Notes under the pieces: generated by a model
Databases searched by the model: none
What the model was told of the DNA's origin: nothing
What the model saw: the letters and a program-made list of their open reading frames with translations, nothing else
Position numbers and translations under genes: made by a program
Source: an archaeon UBA543
Lineage (GTDB): Archaea; Undinarchaeota; Undinarchaeia; Undinarchaeales; UBA543
NCBI GenBank assembly: GCA_002502135.1
Contig: DAPM01000017.1
Span: forward strand, 5,548 to 69,547
Reading direction: 5' to 3'
Length of the DNA: 64,000 bases
In this document: piece after piece, positions 27,511-37,759 of the stretch
Position numbering within the stretch: the stretch's first letter is position 1
Layout of the letters: each line of letters opens with the position of its first letter

Positions 27511-28481
27511 TGGAGATTAAGGGAAAGAAGATTTTCATAACTGGCGGAGCAGGATTCGTTGGCAGTCACACTGCTGACAAGCTTCTGGAAATGGATTGCA
27601 GTGTAACTGTTTATGACAATCTGAAAACAGGGCAATCTGATATTTTCCTAAAAGACGCCAAGACCAACAAGGATTTCAAAATGGTTGAGGGCGATATTCT
27701 CGATCTTGACAAATTGAAATCTGAAATGGATGGTCACGATTTTGTATTCCATCTTTCTGCAAATGCTGATGTGCGCGGAGGTCTTGACAACACTCGAATT
27801 GATCTTGAGCAGAACACAATCGGAACTTGGAATGTTCTTGAAGCAATGAAAATCAACAATGTGAAAGGAATTGCATTTTCTTCAACATCTGCAATGTATG
27901 GCGAGCCTGATAAATTCCCAACACCTGAAAACTATAATCCTACTCAAACCTCACTTTACGGAGCGTCAAAACTCGCAGGAGAAGCAATGATACAGGCATT
28001 TTGCGAGGGTTTTGGCATAAAATCGTGGATTTTCCGCTTTGTTTCGCTTATTGGAGAGAGGTATACCCACGGGGTGATATTCGACTTCATCAAGAAGCTC
28101 CATTCCGACCCAAAAGAGCTGGAAATCCTCGGAGATGGCGAGCAAAAGAAATCCTATTTGTATATTGGCGACTGTGTGAATGCAATGGTATTCGCAATCC
28201 AGAATGCTGATGAAAAAGTTAATACTTTCAATCTAGGAAATGTCGAATATATGAATGTAAAAGATGTTGCAAACATCATAATCGAGGAAATGAAACTCTC
28301 AGATGTCAAATTCAAGTTCACTGGCGGTGAAAAAGGCTGGATCGGAGATGCTCCGTTTGTCCAGCTTGCTGTTGACCGCATTCAATCACTAGGATGGAAG
28401 CCCGAAGTGTCTATAGAGGACGGAATTAGGAAAACTGCGCAGTACCTTTTGCAAAACAAAGAGCTTCTTGACAGGAGATAA
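27510..28481 (+). CDS. NAD-dependent nucleotide-sugar epimerase/dehydratase (extended SDR)
   Basis: 323 aa. ITGGAGFVGSH and YGASKLAGE (Y-x3-K). Confidence 0.8.
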   Translation: MEIKGKKIFITGGAGFVGSHTADKLLEMDCSVTVYDNLKTGQSDIFLKDAKTNKDFKMVEGDILDLDKLKSEMDGHDFVFHLSANADVRGGLDNTRIDLEQNTIGTWNVLEAMKINNVKGIAFSSTSAMYGEPDKFPTPENYNPTQTSLYGASKLAGEAMIQAFCEGFGIKSWIFRFVSLIGERYTHGVIFDFIKKLHSDPKELEILGDGEQKKSYLYIGDCVNAMVFAIQNADEKVNTFNLGNVEYMNVKDVANIIIEEMKLSDVKFKFTGGEKGWIGDAPFVQLAVDRIQSLGWKPEVSIEDGIRKTAQYLLQNKELLDRR

Positions 28482-28483
28482 TC

Positions 28484-29425
28484 TTGGAAATCAATGATTT
28501 CGTAAGCTTGCTGAAATGCCCGGCGTGTTGGAAGCCTGGTCTTGAACCTGTAATACAGAATGATAGGACTTTTTTGCATTGCAAATCCTGCAGTCTTTTG
28601 TATGCATTCAGGAAGAATTTTGTGAATTTTATGGATTCTTTCAAATCTGCTGGGATGAAATTAAAAGATTTCAAACCAGAGAAGCTTGGTGAGCAGGATT
28701 CAAGCAGAACAGACTTGAGGATGATTTCCTACAACTACTACACAAGACACAAAGCATTTTTCAAAAAAGCAGACATTGATTTCAAGAGCACTGTTGTTGA
28801 TGTTGGGTGTTCAGCAGGTGTGCTGGCCCAGAACTTCGAGAATTATGTTGGTCTTGACTTATCAGAAGATCTAGAAAATGTTGCAAAAGACAATCCTGCG
28901 AAGTTTTTTGTCAGAGCCGATGCAATGCAAATGCCATTTGTTGATAACTGTTTTGACTCTTTTGTATCAAGACACCTTCTTGAGCACACTCCAACACCTC
29001 GAAAAGTTCTATCAGAACTGAAAAGGGTTTGCAGAAGTGGTGGTGTTCTTGAACTTCCTGTAAAAGAATTCCCCTTCCTCTTCGATCCTCTTAATTTCAC
29101 TCTTCAAAAAATGAAAAAACAGCCTAAGAAGTTCGGAATCTATGGTTTCGGACATCAACGGGTGTTTGCAACAAAAGAATGGGATGAAATTATTACAAGC
29201 ACTTTCAAAATCAAGGATTCTGTAAAGTTGTGCAGAGGCGCTTTCTACAATCTAATCTGTCTTTTTGAGAATATTCTGTTCTCCAGAAAAGATGATTATG
29301 ATGTGCCTAGCCAGCAAGTTAAAAAGTGGCTGCTCAAACCACTAAATCTTATTTACGATCTCCTGAACCTGATCGATCCTAAGATCACAGGCTCTCACAC
29401 CATTCTTTACAATGTTGAACCATGA
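28484..29425 (+). CDS. Class I SAM-dependent methyltransferase with N-terminal Zn-ribbon
   Basis: 313 aa. CPACW...CKSC ribbon, then VVDVGCSAGV (motif I). Confidence 0.6.
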   Translation: MEINDFVSLLKCPACWKPGLEPVIQNDRTFLHCKSCSLLYAFRKNFVNFMDSFKSAGMKLKDFKPEKLGEQDSSRTDLRMISYNYYTRHKAFFKKADIDFKSTVVDVGCSAGVLAQNFENYVGLDLSEDLENVAKDNPAKFFVRADAMQMPFVDNCFDSFVSRHLLEHTPTPRKVLSELKRVCRSGGVLELPVKEFPFLFDPLNFTLQKMKKQPKKFGIYGFGHQRVFATKEWDEIITSTFKIKDSVKLCRGAFYNLICLFENILFSRKDDYDVPSQQVKKWLLKPLNLIYDLLNLIDPKITGSHTILYNVEP

Positions 29426-30993
29426 AAAACAAGACTCTACTCCTATTATTGCTTATAATTCTAACTGGAGCTGTGCTCAGGTTTGCTTTTCTTGCAAGTC
29501 CTAGCATCAGAGGAGATGAAGGTCCTGCTCTTTTCATGAGTGAGCGTCCTTTTGGAGAATTGTGGGAGAACACTAAAGCAGATTCCCATCCTCCACTATT
29601 CTATCTTGTGCTTAGGGCGGTTCCAAAAATCGGGGAAATCCTACCATACCGCTTGCTTGTTGCAATTCTAAGTATTGCAGCGATTCCAGTTGCATTCCTG
29701 CTCGGTAAAAAACTGTTTAATGAAAATGTTGGCTTGTTTTCAGCATTCATGTTCTCAATTTCGCAGATGAATATAAAATACGCCCAAATGGTGAGAAGCT
29801 ATTCTCTGATAACTTTACTTGCAATGCTTTCAATTTACTTTTTCATATCATACTTGAAAGATAGAAAGACTTCGCAAATTACCTGGTGGGTTGTTTTCTC
29901 AGCATTAGCCTGCTGGACTCACTACTTCATGCTGTTCGTGCTTGTTGCTGAAGCAGCTTACATTCTGTCTTATCATTTGAAAGACAAAAAACTCATTAAA
30001 TCATTTTTCTTCCATGGATTTTTGCTGGTGATTCTAATTGCCCCGCTTGCTCCGCTTTTCCAAGCTCAATCTGCAACAATAAAGGATGTCTTGGCTCCGA
30101 TTTATCAGTATAATGATCCACTTCTCCAGCCAACCCTGACTACACCAATTGCAAATAATATCCTGGTCCGGAATGCAATGATGTTCTTTCATTTGAGTGT
30201 TGGTCACACAAAATTCACTCCAACAGTCTTTTTCGCAGTCTTTTTTGCGCTCACTGCTCTTGCATTCGGCTTGCCATTGCTTGCTAATCTGAAAAATCTA
30301 CTTAAAGATAAGAAAACATTCTTGCCATTAGCCCTATTCCTTTCAGTTCCAATCTTCATGTCGCTTATGTGGATTACAAAGTTCTTGATTTACCATACGT
30401 ATGCTCGATATCTTTTGTTTGTATCACCTCTTTACTATCTCTTTATTTCAAAAGGAGTGTTTAATCTAAAGAATTTAATTCCGAAAATCAATTTAAAGAA
30501 AGTGGTAATTGTTTTTGCAATCCTGATTCTTGCTTTGAATGCAGTTTCCTTGTATGGATATTATACAAGCACACTCCAGCATGAAAATTTCAAATATTTG
30601 ACTTCAAAAATCACTGGAGCTGGCTCTGAAGATGTTATAATTATCCACACTGGTTTTTATTCCCAAAATATTGAGCGAACTTACAAAGGAGAAGCTCAAA
30701 TCTGTCTTGGCCCAGATGGAATAAAAGTAGGTCCAGACATTACGATTTTGGATTATTTGAAATCAAAGAAACCAGCAACAGAAGAGAACAAGTGCGACAT
30801 TCTCAAATGTACCGAAGGCGCTGATAATATCTGGCTTATGCAGAACAATCCTAGTGTTCATGACTCTGAAAAACTTTTGAAAAACTGCCTTGAAAATAAT
30901 TTCAAGCTGGAAAACACTTATTCCAATACCTATAAGAACGCTCAAGGGGAAGACGAAACAGATTTCTTCCTTTATGAATTCACTAAACAATGA
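29422..30993 (+). CDS. GT-C fold membrane glycosyltransferase (ArnT/PMT, GT39/GT83-like)
   Basis: 523-aa polytopic protein. The first loop carries RGDEGPALFMSER...SHPPLFY, typical of ArnT/PMT-type Dol-P/Und-P-sugar-dependent transferases. Confidence 0.6.
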   Translation: MKNKTLLLLLLIILTGAVLRFAFLASPSIRGDEGPALFMSERPFGELWENTKADSHPPLFYLVLRAVPKIGEILPYRLLVAILSIAAIPVAFLLGKKLFNENVGLFSAFMFSISQMNIKYAQMVRSYSLITLLAMLSIYFFISYLKDRKTSQITWWVVFSALACWTHYFMLFVLVAEAAYILSYHLKDKKLIKSFFFHGFLLVILIAPLAPLFQAQSATIKDVLAPIYQYNDPLLQPTLTTPIANNILVRNAMMFFHLSVGHTKFTPTVFFAVFFALTALAFGLPLLANLKNLLKDKKTFLPLALFLSVPIFMSLMWITKFLIYHTYARYLLFVSPLYYLFISKGVFNLKNLIPKINLKKVVIVFAILILALNAVSLYGYYTSTLQHENFKYLTSKITGAGSEDVIIIHTGFYSQNIERTYKGEAQICLGPDGIKVGPDITILDYLKSKKPATEENKCDILKCTEGADNIWLMQNNPSVHDSEKLLKNCLENNFKLENTYSNTYKNAQGEDETDFFLYEFTKQ

Positions 30994-32489
30994 ATACTGA
31001 AAAAAAATACAGCAAAATCTCTGGACAAGTAATCTTCTCAAACATCGTTTTAGTTCTAACAATCCTGATTTCTCCAGTTCTGATTGCGCTTCTTACAAGA
31101 GTTCTTAGTATTGCAGATTTTGGAGTTTATTCTCTTCTGACTTCTTTTGTAGCATTAATGTCACTGCTTCTGATTCTTGGATTGTCAAAATATATTATTG
31201 CCCGCTTGCCTGGAAAACAAAGAACTGAGCAAGCAACCAAATTCTATGCAATTGTAATTTTCAATGCAGTAATTGTTGCAGTTCTCTTACTTGTTGCATA
31301 CTTCAGTCCATTCAAACCATGGTTCTTAGGGATAACAAACCTGCAAGCATACAGCGCTGAATTTGGAATTTGTTTGTTTGTAATCTTTGCAATGGCAATG
31401 GGTAAGTTGTTTTTTGAATACTACAGTGCCAAAGAACGCCTAAATTTCGCAAATACAATGGATTTTTTAGTTAACAAGGGCTGGATGTTTATTCTTGTTG
31501 CAATTTTCCTGATTTTCAGAAGCTTCACCCTCTCTCAGGTGTTTATTGTTTGGCTTGTCGGAGTTGTGCTCGCTGTTTTAATCTATTCTCTCTGTTCACT
31601 CGGAGATATCAAAATATTCCTTAAAGAAAAATTCAATACTGCTGTGCTGAAACGAGCATTGTGGTTTGGGCTTCCGGTTATACCAGTTGTAATTTCTGGT
31701 TGGCTTATCTCACTTAGCGATCGATTTATTCTAAACCACTTTATGACTGCAGAAGCAGTAGGACTCTATACTCTTCCATATTCACTTCTTGGAGTTGTCA
31801 AAACTTTCGGAACATCTGCAAGTGTTGTAATTCTGCCTTATTTTGCAGCTGCATACAACAATAAGAATAAAGATTCTACAAAACTGATAAGTGCTGCAAT
31901 GAAATTCGGGCTTGTTCTAATTGTTCCTTTCTTGGTGGGCGCAGCAGTTCTTGGAAAGCAGATTATTCTGATAATTTCTGGAGCAAAATACCTTCCTGCA
32001 GTTCCATATCTTCTTCCACTTCTTCTCTATCCACTATTCTACTTCATGGCTTCAATTTTCTATGATGGTCTTGTTGTTGCTGGCCAGACAAAACATGCTG
32101 GAATCGCTTATACTGGCGCTGCAATTCTAAATATTATTCTAAATATCTGGTGGATTCCAAAAATAGGCATCTATGGAGCCGTTTTCTCAACAGTTCTTAG
32201 CTACTTGCTAATGTCTATTTACATGTATTCTGTGTTCAAAAAATACTGTAAAATCAGTCCAAGCTTTATAAAATTCGGGAGAATACTGATTGCTAGCATT
32301 ATCATGGGCATTCCTATTTACTTTATCAATCCTAGTGGACTTTTCATGACAGTAGCTACAACAGCACTCGGTGGAGCAATATATTGTATCCTTCTGCTTG
32401 TTTTCAAAGTAATTTCACATCACGAATTAAGATTATTCTTCAGCAAAGTGCCTGTAGTTCATAAAATTATTGATAAAATATTTGCTTAA
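30990..32489 (+). CDS. Wzx-like polysaccharide/oligosaccharide flippase (MOP superfamily)
   Basis: 499 aa with about 12-14 TM segments and a polysaccharide-biosynthesis-protein-like pattern. Confidence 0.7.
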   Translation: MNTEKKYSKISGQVIFSNIVLVLTILISPVLIALLTRVLSIADFGVYSLLTSFVALMSLLLILGLSKYIIARLPGKQRTEQATKFYAIVIFNAVIVAVLLLVAYFSPFKPWFLGITNLQAYSAEFGICLFVIFAMAMGKLFFEYYSAKERLNFANTMDFLVNKGWMFILVAIFLIFRSFTLSQVFIVWLVGVVLAVLIYSLCSLGDIKIFLKEKFNTAVLKRALWFGLPVIPVVISGWLISLSDRFILNHFMTAEAVGLYTLPYSLLGVVKTFGTSASVVILPYFAAAYNNKNKDSTKLISAAMKFGLVLIVPFLVGAAVLGKQIILIISGAKYLPAVPYLLPLLLYPLFYFMASIFYDGLVVAGQTKHAGIAYTGAAILNIILNIWWIPKIGIYGAVFSTVLSYLLMSIYMYSVFKKYCKISPSFIKFGRILIASIIMGIPIYFINPSGLFMTVATTALGGAIYCILLLVFKVISHHELRLFFSKVPVVHKIIDKIFA

Positions 32490-32986
32490 GCAGTTGGTTT
32501 TTCCAAAACCATCTCAACAGCAGGCCTGTCTTTGTGCGTAATATCTGTTTTTTCTGTGAATCCAAGCTTTTTGAAAACTGCAATTGAAATTGGATTGTCT
32601 GTTCTTATGTAGGTCTGGTATTTTTCAATTCCAAGACTGTCAAAACCATACTGGCAAGCAGTTCTTATTACTGCAGTTCCATATCCTTTACCTTGTTCTG
32701 GCTTGTCAATGTAAATTGCAATATCGGAAATACCTGAGTCAATGTCAAACCGTATTACACCCATTGGTGTTGACTCAGAATTCTCTATAATAAAAAATCT
32801 AGTTGTTTCAGAATCCACTCTGTTTGCAAACCATTTCTCATGGTTTTCAAACGGAATTTCATCTGCTTCAAAAGCTCTCTGTCGTGTTTCCGGATCATTT
32901 CGCCACCCCCACAACATTCTACTATCCTCTAGAGTTGCAGGTCGTGCCTTCAATTCCTTCTCTGCAATTTCGAAAACATACGCCAT
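32486..32986 (-). CDS. GNAT N-acetyltransferase
   Basis: 166 aa. PEQGKGYGTAVIRTACQYGFDSLGIEK is the acetyl-CoA-binding motif A. Confidence 0.75.
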   Translation of the reverse strand: MAYVFEIAEKELKARPATLEDSRMLWGWRNDPETRQRAFEADEIPFENHEKWFANRVDSETTRFFIIENSESTPMGVIRFDIDSGISDIAIYIDKPEQGKGYGTAVIRTACQYGFDSLGIEKYQTYIRTDNPISIAVFKKLGFTEKTDITHKDRPAVEMVLEKPTA

Positions 32987-33059
32987 AATTCTAACTCTGC
33001 CTTATGCCTTTAAACCTTTTATGATAATTAATTCAAAAACATTATAAACCGATTTCGCC

Positions 33060-34091
33060 GTGTGTTTTAATAACATGGCACGATTTTCACACGAAATTGG
33101 ACAGTCTTTTAGGTCTCTGCTGACATCTAGAGGCAAAGGCCTAGATTGGGCTTACAGGAAGTATCGCTACTTATGGAAGCGTGCACCTGCGAAGCAGAAA
33201 GTGCTGAAATTCCCACTTCACTTGGATATTGAAAACACCAACAACTGCAATCTTCGCTGTGTAATGTGCGCTATTAATTTTGCTGAAGAGGCTTTCGGAT
33301 CAATGGATTGGAACCTCTACACAAAGATTATTGACGAGGGTGCAAAGAACGGACTGGCATCTATCAAGCTCAACTGGCGCGGAGAACCACTTCTTCATCC
33401 AAAAATTGTTGAAATGGTGAAATATGCAAAAGATAAGGGAATTGTTGAAGTGCAGTTCAACACCAATGCTCAGCTTTTAACAGAAGACTTATCTCGCAGA
33501 TTAATTGACGCAGGTCTGGACAGGATTATTTTCTCAGTAGACGGAGCTACAACCGAAACTTACGAGAAAATAAGACGTGGCGGTAAATACGACAGACTTG
33601 TTAATAATATTGAAACTTTCCTAAGACTCAAAAAAGAAAAAGGAACCAAACTTCCTCTTACAAGAATACAATTTGTGAAAATGAAAGAGAACGAGAACGA
33701 AGCTGACTTGTTCAAGAAAACTTGGGATGGGAAAATTGATGAAGTGATTGTTAATCCATTCCTTGATTACACTTCCCTCAGCGACACAGCTGAGAAACAG
33801 GACAATCTAAAATCTTCCGACCAAATTAAAATAACTGGAAGAAAGCCATGTAACCAGCTTTGGCAGAGATTAATAATCAGTTATGATGGTGAAGTGATGA
33901 TGTGTTGTGATGACTGGAACATGGAAGTTAAACTCGGAAATGTTAATAATCAGAATATTTACGATATCTGGCATGGTGAAAAGCTGAACAAAATCCGCAA
34001 GCTTCATGCAACTGGCCAATGGGACAATATTCCTGTTTGCAAAAACTGTACAGAACTTGACGGATGTACTTACGAGAAAAATGAAAATTAG
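33060..34091 (+). CDS. Radical SAM enzyme with C-terminal SPASM domain
   Basis: 343 aa. NTNNCNLRCVMCA (CxxxCxxC), then C-terminal CNQLW...MMCCDDW...CKNCTELDGC auxiliary-cluster cysteines. Confidence 0.75.
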   Translation: MCFNNMARFSHEIGQSFRSLLTSRGKGLDWAYRKYRYLWKRAPAKQKVLKFPLHLDIENTNNCNLRCVMCAINFAEEAFGSMDWNLYTKIIDEGAKNGLASIKLNWRGEPLLHPKIVEMVKYAKDKGIVEVQFNTNAQLLTEDLSRRLIDAGLDRIIFSVDGATTETYEKIRRGGKYDRLVNNIETFLRLKKEKGTKLPLTRIQFVKMKENENEADLFKKTWDGKIDEVIVNPFLDYTSLSDTAEKQDNLKSSDQIKITGRKPCNQLWQRLIISYDGEVMMCCDDWNMEVKLGNVNNQNIYDIWHGEKLNKIRKLHATGQWDNIPVCKNCTELDGCTYEKNEN

Positions 34092-35373
34092 CAAATTAAT
34101 TGAAGAATCATACCTTTTGAATCGGGTTTTTGTATCTGATGATTTAGTAAAAGCTCTGGACAACCTATCTGCTCACACTGATGTTGAATTTAAGGATTAC
34201 AAATTCAAAACAGGCACTGATGTTAATGGTTTTGTAATTCCTAGCAAATGGAGTGTTGATGATGCAAAGATTTTGAAAGATGGTAAAGTTGTTTATGATG
34301 GAATGCAGCATGTTCTTTGTGTTATTGCAAATTCAGCAAGCTTTGAAGGAAAAGTTTCCAAAGAAGAGCTTGTAAAACATCTACACACTGCTCCAAAACA
34401 GCCAAAAGCAATTCCATTCCACTTCAGGCAGATGTACAGACCTTGGCAGGAAGATTGGGGATTCTGTATGCCACAGGAATTATTTGATTCTCTAGAAGAT
34501 GGCGAATATGAAGTTGTTCTAAAAACAAAATCAGAACCTGGAGAAATGGTAATGCGAGAATTCACTTTGCCTGGAAAATCAAAGGAAACAGTTCTTTTTG
34601 TTGCTCATATTGATCATCCAGGACTTTCAAATGATGATTTGTCTGGTTGTTCTGTCGGAATTGCGCTTTTAGAAGAGCTCAAGAAACTGAAAGATCGCAA
34701 ATACACTTACAAACTTCTGCTTACTCAGGAAATAATCGGCTCAGTTTTTTACTTGAATGCAATTAAACAAGCGAAAAAGGATCTGAAATATTCATTATTC
34801 ATTGAAATGTTCGGAAACAGTACAGATTTGGCTTTACAGAAGTCTTTTTCAGGAGAAACTGAAATTGACAAAGCCTGCGAATTAGTTCTGCAGGGAATAG
34901 TGAAAGAACCTGTAATAAAACCTTTTAGAGAGCATGTTGGCAACGATGAAATTGCTTTTGAAGCTCCTGGTTTTGAAATTCCAATGCCTTCAATTTCAAG
35001 ATGGCCTTATCCTGAATATCACACTAATCTGGAGAACATGGATTTGATTGATGAGGACAAATTGCAGGAAGCTTTGAAGTATTTGCTCGATGTTGTGAAT
35101 GTTTTGGAGAAAAATGCTATTGTCAAGAGAAAATTTGAAGGATTAGTTGGTCTTGCCAATCCAAAATACGATTTGTATATGGGTCCTGGTCAGATTCTGA
35201 GCACAAGCGAGAAAGGGGACAAGCTGAAATGTCTGTTCCAGTACAAAATGCCTCGTTATCTTGAAGGCGACAAAACTGTTTTGGACATAGCTCTAGAATT
35301 CGGACTTGATTTTAACTGGACTCACGATTATTTCTGTAAAATGGCTGAGAAAGATTTAGTTGAACTTCTTTAA
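34081..35373 (+). CDS. Zinc-aminopeptidase-fold (M28/DUF4910-like) protein
   Basis: Track ORF 34006; the likely start is MKISKLIEE at 34081, overlapping the radical-SAM stop. VAHIDHPGLSNDDLSGCSVGIALLEEL resembles the metal-binding core of M28-like domains. The assignment is tentative. Confidence 0.4.
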   Translation: MKISKLIEESYLLNRVFVSDDLVKALDNLSAHTDVEFKDYKFKTGTDVNGFVIPSKWSVDDAKILKDGKVVYDGMQHVLCVIANSASFEGKVSKEELVKHLHTAPKQPKAIPFHFRQMYRPWQEDWGFCMPQELFDSLEDGEYEVVLKTKSEPGEMVMREFTLPGKSKETVLFVAHIDHPGLSNDDLSGCSVGIALLEELKKLKDRKYTYKLLLTQEIIGSVFYLNAIKQAKKDLKYSLFIEMFGNSTDLALQKSFSGETEIDKACELVLQGIVKEPVIKPFREHVGNDEIAFEAPGFEIPMPSISRWPYPEYHTNLENMDLIDEDKLQEALKYLLDVVNVLEKNAIVKRKFEGLVGLANPKYDLYMGPGQILSTSEKGDKLKCLFQYKMPRYLEGDKTVLDIALEFGLDFNWTHDYFCKMAEKDLVELL

Positions 35374-35395
35374 GTGGTAATTTTACAAGCTATTT

Positions 35396-36346
35396 TCAGA
35401 TTCCCTGCATATCAGGCTCAACATACTTGTCTAAATTCTCTTTGTAATAATCTATAACAGCTTTCAAACCGTCTTCAATAGTCCATTTTGGTTCGTATCC
35501 AAGTTTTTCCTGTGCTTTTTTAATCTCAGGAACTCTCTTGAACACTTCCCGCCACTTTCCACGGATCTTATCACCGAATTCCACGTGCTCAATCTTGCTC
35601 TGGCTTCCAGAAATCTCCACAATCTTTTGTGCAAGCTGTTCCATGCTGACTTCTCCTCCAGGGTTTCCAATATTGAAAATTTCGTTTTTTGCTTTCTCTT
35701 CAAAAATACCTTTGCAAATTCCCTGAACAATATCATCAACATAACAGAATGCTCTTGTTTGCTGGCCATCTCCGAAAAGTTTCAGTGTCTCATTCTTGAG
35801 GGCTGCTGTTATGAATAATGGAACAACAAACTCATTTCTCTGTTCTCCATAAACATTGAAGAATCGTAGAATTGTATAATCTAAATTGTATTTCTTGCTG
35901 TAAGCTTTGATATATTCCTCGCCAATAACCTTACTTGCACCGTATTCTGATTTTGGTGAATAGTCTGCAGTTTCCAGGATAGGTAGTTCTCTAGGCTCAC
36001 CATAAATTTCTGAAGAACTTGAGAAAACAAATCTCTTGATATCGTTTTTGACACTTGCTTCCAACATATTTCTTGTGCCGAGAACATTAACGTCAAGACA
36101 TTCAAGAGGTGCTTTCAGTGATCTGTCTACACCAACAGTAGCTGCTAAGTGAACAACATATTCACAGCCGTCCATGGCCTTGTCAATATCCATTGGGCTC
36201 AAAATTGTACCCTGGATATAATTAGTGCCTTCAATCTTAACATCGTGAATGTCAAGCATGTTGACTTCGTGGCCGTCCTTGACGAGTTTCTCGACAAGCG
36301 CGGCTCCTACCATTCCTGATCCTCCTGTAACTAAAATTTTTACCAT
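35396..36346 (-). CDS. NAD-dependent nucleotide-sugar epimerase/dehydratase
   Basis: 316 aa. ILVTGGSGMVGAAL and YGASKVIGE. Confidence 0.8.
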   Translation of the reverse strand: MVKILVTGGSGMVGAALVEKLVKDGHEVNMLDIHDVKIEGTNYIQGTILSPMDIDKAMDGCEYVVHLAATVGVDRSLKAPLECLDVNVLGTRNMLEASVKNDIKRFVFSSSSEIYGEPRELPILETADYSPKSEYGASKVIGEEYIKAYSKKYNLDYTILRFFNVYGEQRNEFVVPLFITAALKNETLKLFGDGQQTRAFCYVDDIVQGICKGIFEEKAKNEIFNIGNPGGEVSMEQLAQKIVEISGSQSKIEHVEFGDKIRGKWREVFKRVPEIKKAQEKLGYEPKWTIEDGLKAVIDYYKENLDKYVEPDMQGI

Positions 36347-36347
36347 T

Positions 36348-37028
36348 TTAATAGCTCCTCATGTCTTCGATAATTTTACCGTGTTTTTCCAAAAGGTACT
36401 TTTTCGCTTCTTCAACCTTTGTTTTATCCCCGGTTATGCTATCAGGTCTCCTGTTATAGGTAAATAAAGGTTCTGAAACATGGATACTCGTGCATTTTTC
36501 CTGGGCTTTTATGATAATGTCGTACTCTGGAAGCACAATAGCTTCATCATATGGGCCTGCGTCTTGTAAAACACTTTTTTTGTACAAAATACCGCCTGCA
36601 ATTGTGTCCATTAGGTTATCAACAGTGACAGTTTTCACTTCCTCTCTTGTTTTCTCAAAATAATCACAATAAGAGAATCCCAAATCAGGATCTGTTTCAA
36701 ATGGTTTGTATAATTTCTCTAATGCAGTTGGTTCCAACCAATCGTCAGAGTCCAGAATTATGATAAAGTCGCCTGTTGCAGTATCAATTCCCTGATTCAA
36801 GGCTTTGATAGCACCCAAATGCGCATTTTTGATAACTACAACATTCCCTTGTGCGTTTGCAAAGGTGTCTAGAAGCTCTTGGGTGTTATCTGTAGAACCA
36901 TCATCAACACAAATCAATTCAATTTGCTCTTTTGTCAGAGTTTGTGCTGCCACGCTATCTAGTGCTTTCTGAACAAAAGCTGAACTATTGTAAGTTCTTA
37001 GAATGATGCTAATTTTTCCTAATTCCAT
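36348..37028 (-). CDS. Family-2 glycosyltransferase (short)
   Basis: 226 aa. ISIILRTYNSSAFV...VDDGSTD...LDSDD. Confidence 0.7.
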   Translation of the reverse strand: MELGKISIILRTYNSSAFVQKALDSVAAQTLTKEQIELICVDDGSTDNTQELLDTFANAQGNVVVIKNAHLGAIKALNQGIDTATGDFIIILDSDDWLEPTALEKLYKPFETDPDLGFSYCDYFEKTREEVKTVTVDNLMDTIAGGILYKKSVLQDAGPYDEAIVLPEYDIIIKAQEKCTSIHVSEPLFTYNRRPDSITGDKTKVEEAKKYLLEKHGKIIEDMRSY

Positions 37029-37759
37029 GTTCGTGCTGTACCTGCTGGTATATTTTCATTCAAAGCCTTAATTTCTGGATTTGCATCAAGCCATTTCAAA
37101 ACATCTTTCAGCTTGACAAAATTACCATCCTGAACCAAAGCATCGTAACTTCGCCTTGCAACAATCAAATCTTCTGGATTATCAACTGTCAGTCTGACTT
37201 CAGGTCGTCTTAATTCCTCATCTACTTGCTGCATCTGAATCTTGAATTTGTCAGGATTCTCATTAATGTAAAGTGAGATCAGTTCGCTCCTGTGTTTGTC
37301 CTCGCCATCTTGGTGTGATTTCCTAAGTGCATCCATTGTTATAATTTCCACGTGAGTTCCTACTGGAATATTCTCGCAAACTGCAAGAGATGCTTTCTCA
37401 TCCAAAAGTTTCTGATACATCTCATCAACTTTTTCAACATAAATGTAAGGGTTCTCAGTAGTGCTTCTCAGAATAACATCAGCTTCAACCAAGTCTCCGC
37501 CTTTTATCAGTCGTCCAAGAACATCTTTCTCATTTCCATAAACATAAGGAATGTTGTGTTCTTTTGCTAGAAGTTCGAAATGAACATTCTCCTGACCTTC
37601 GCTAATTGCAAAAACAATTTCATCAATTGATTTACATTGCTCTCTGATCCTGTCAACAACATGCATAACTATTGGCTTTCCGCCAACAAGCTGTAACGGC
37701 TTAGCATAAAGTCGTGTTGATTTATTTCTGCAAGCTAATACTGCAACAAATTTTGTCAT
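37019..37759 (-). CDS. Acylneuraminate/pseudaminate-type cytidylyltransferase (CTP_transf_3, NeuA/SpsF/PseF-like)
   Basis: 246 aa. VAVLACRNKSTRLYAKPL is the N-x-x-S-T-R-L nucleotide-binding motif of CMP-ulosonic acid synthetases. Confidence 0.65.
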   Translation of the reverse strand: MTKFVAVLACRNKSTRLYAKPLQLVGGKPIVMHVVDRIREQCKSIDEIVFAISEGQENVHFELLAKEHNIPYVYGNEKDVLGRLIKGGDLVEADVILRSTTENPYIYVEKVDEMYQKLLDEKASLAVCENIPVGTHVEIITMDALRKSHQDGEDKHRSELISLYINENPDKFKIQMQQVDEELRRPEVRLTVDNPEDLIVARRSYDALVQDGNFVKLKDVLKWLDANPEIKALNENIPAGTARTWN

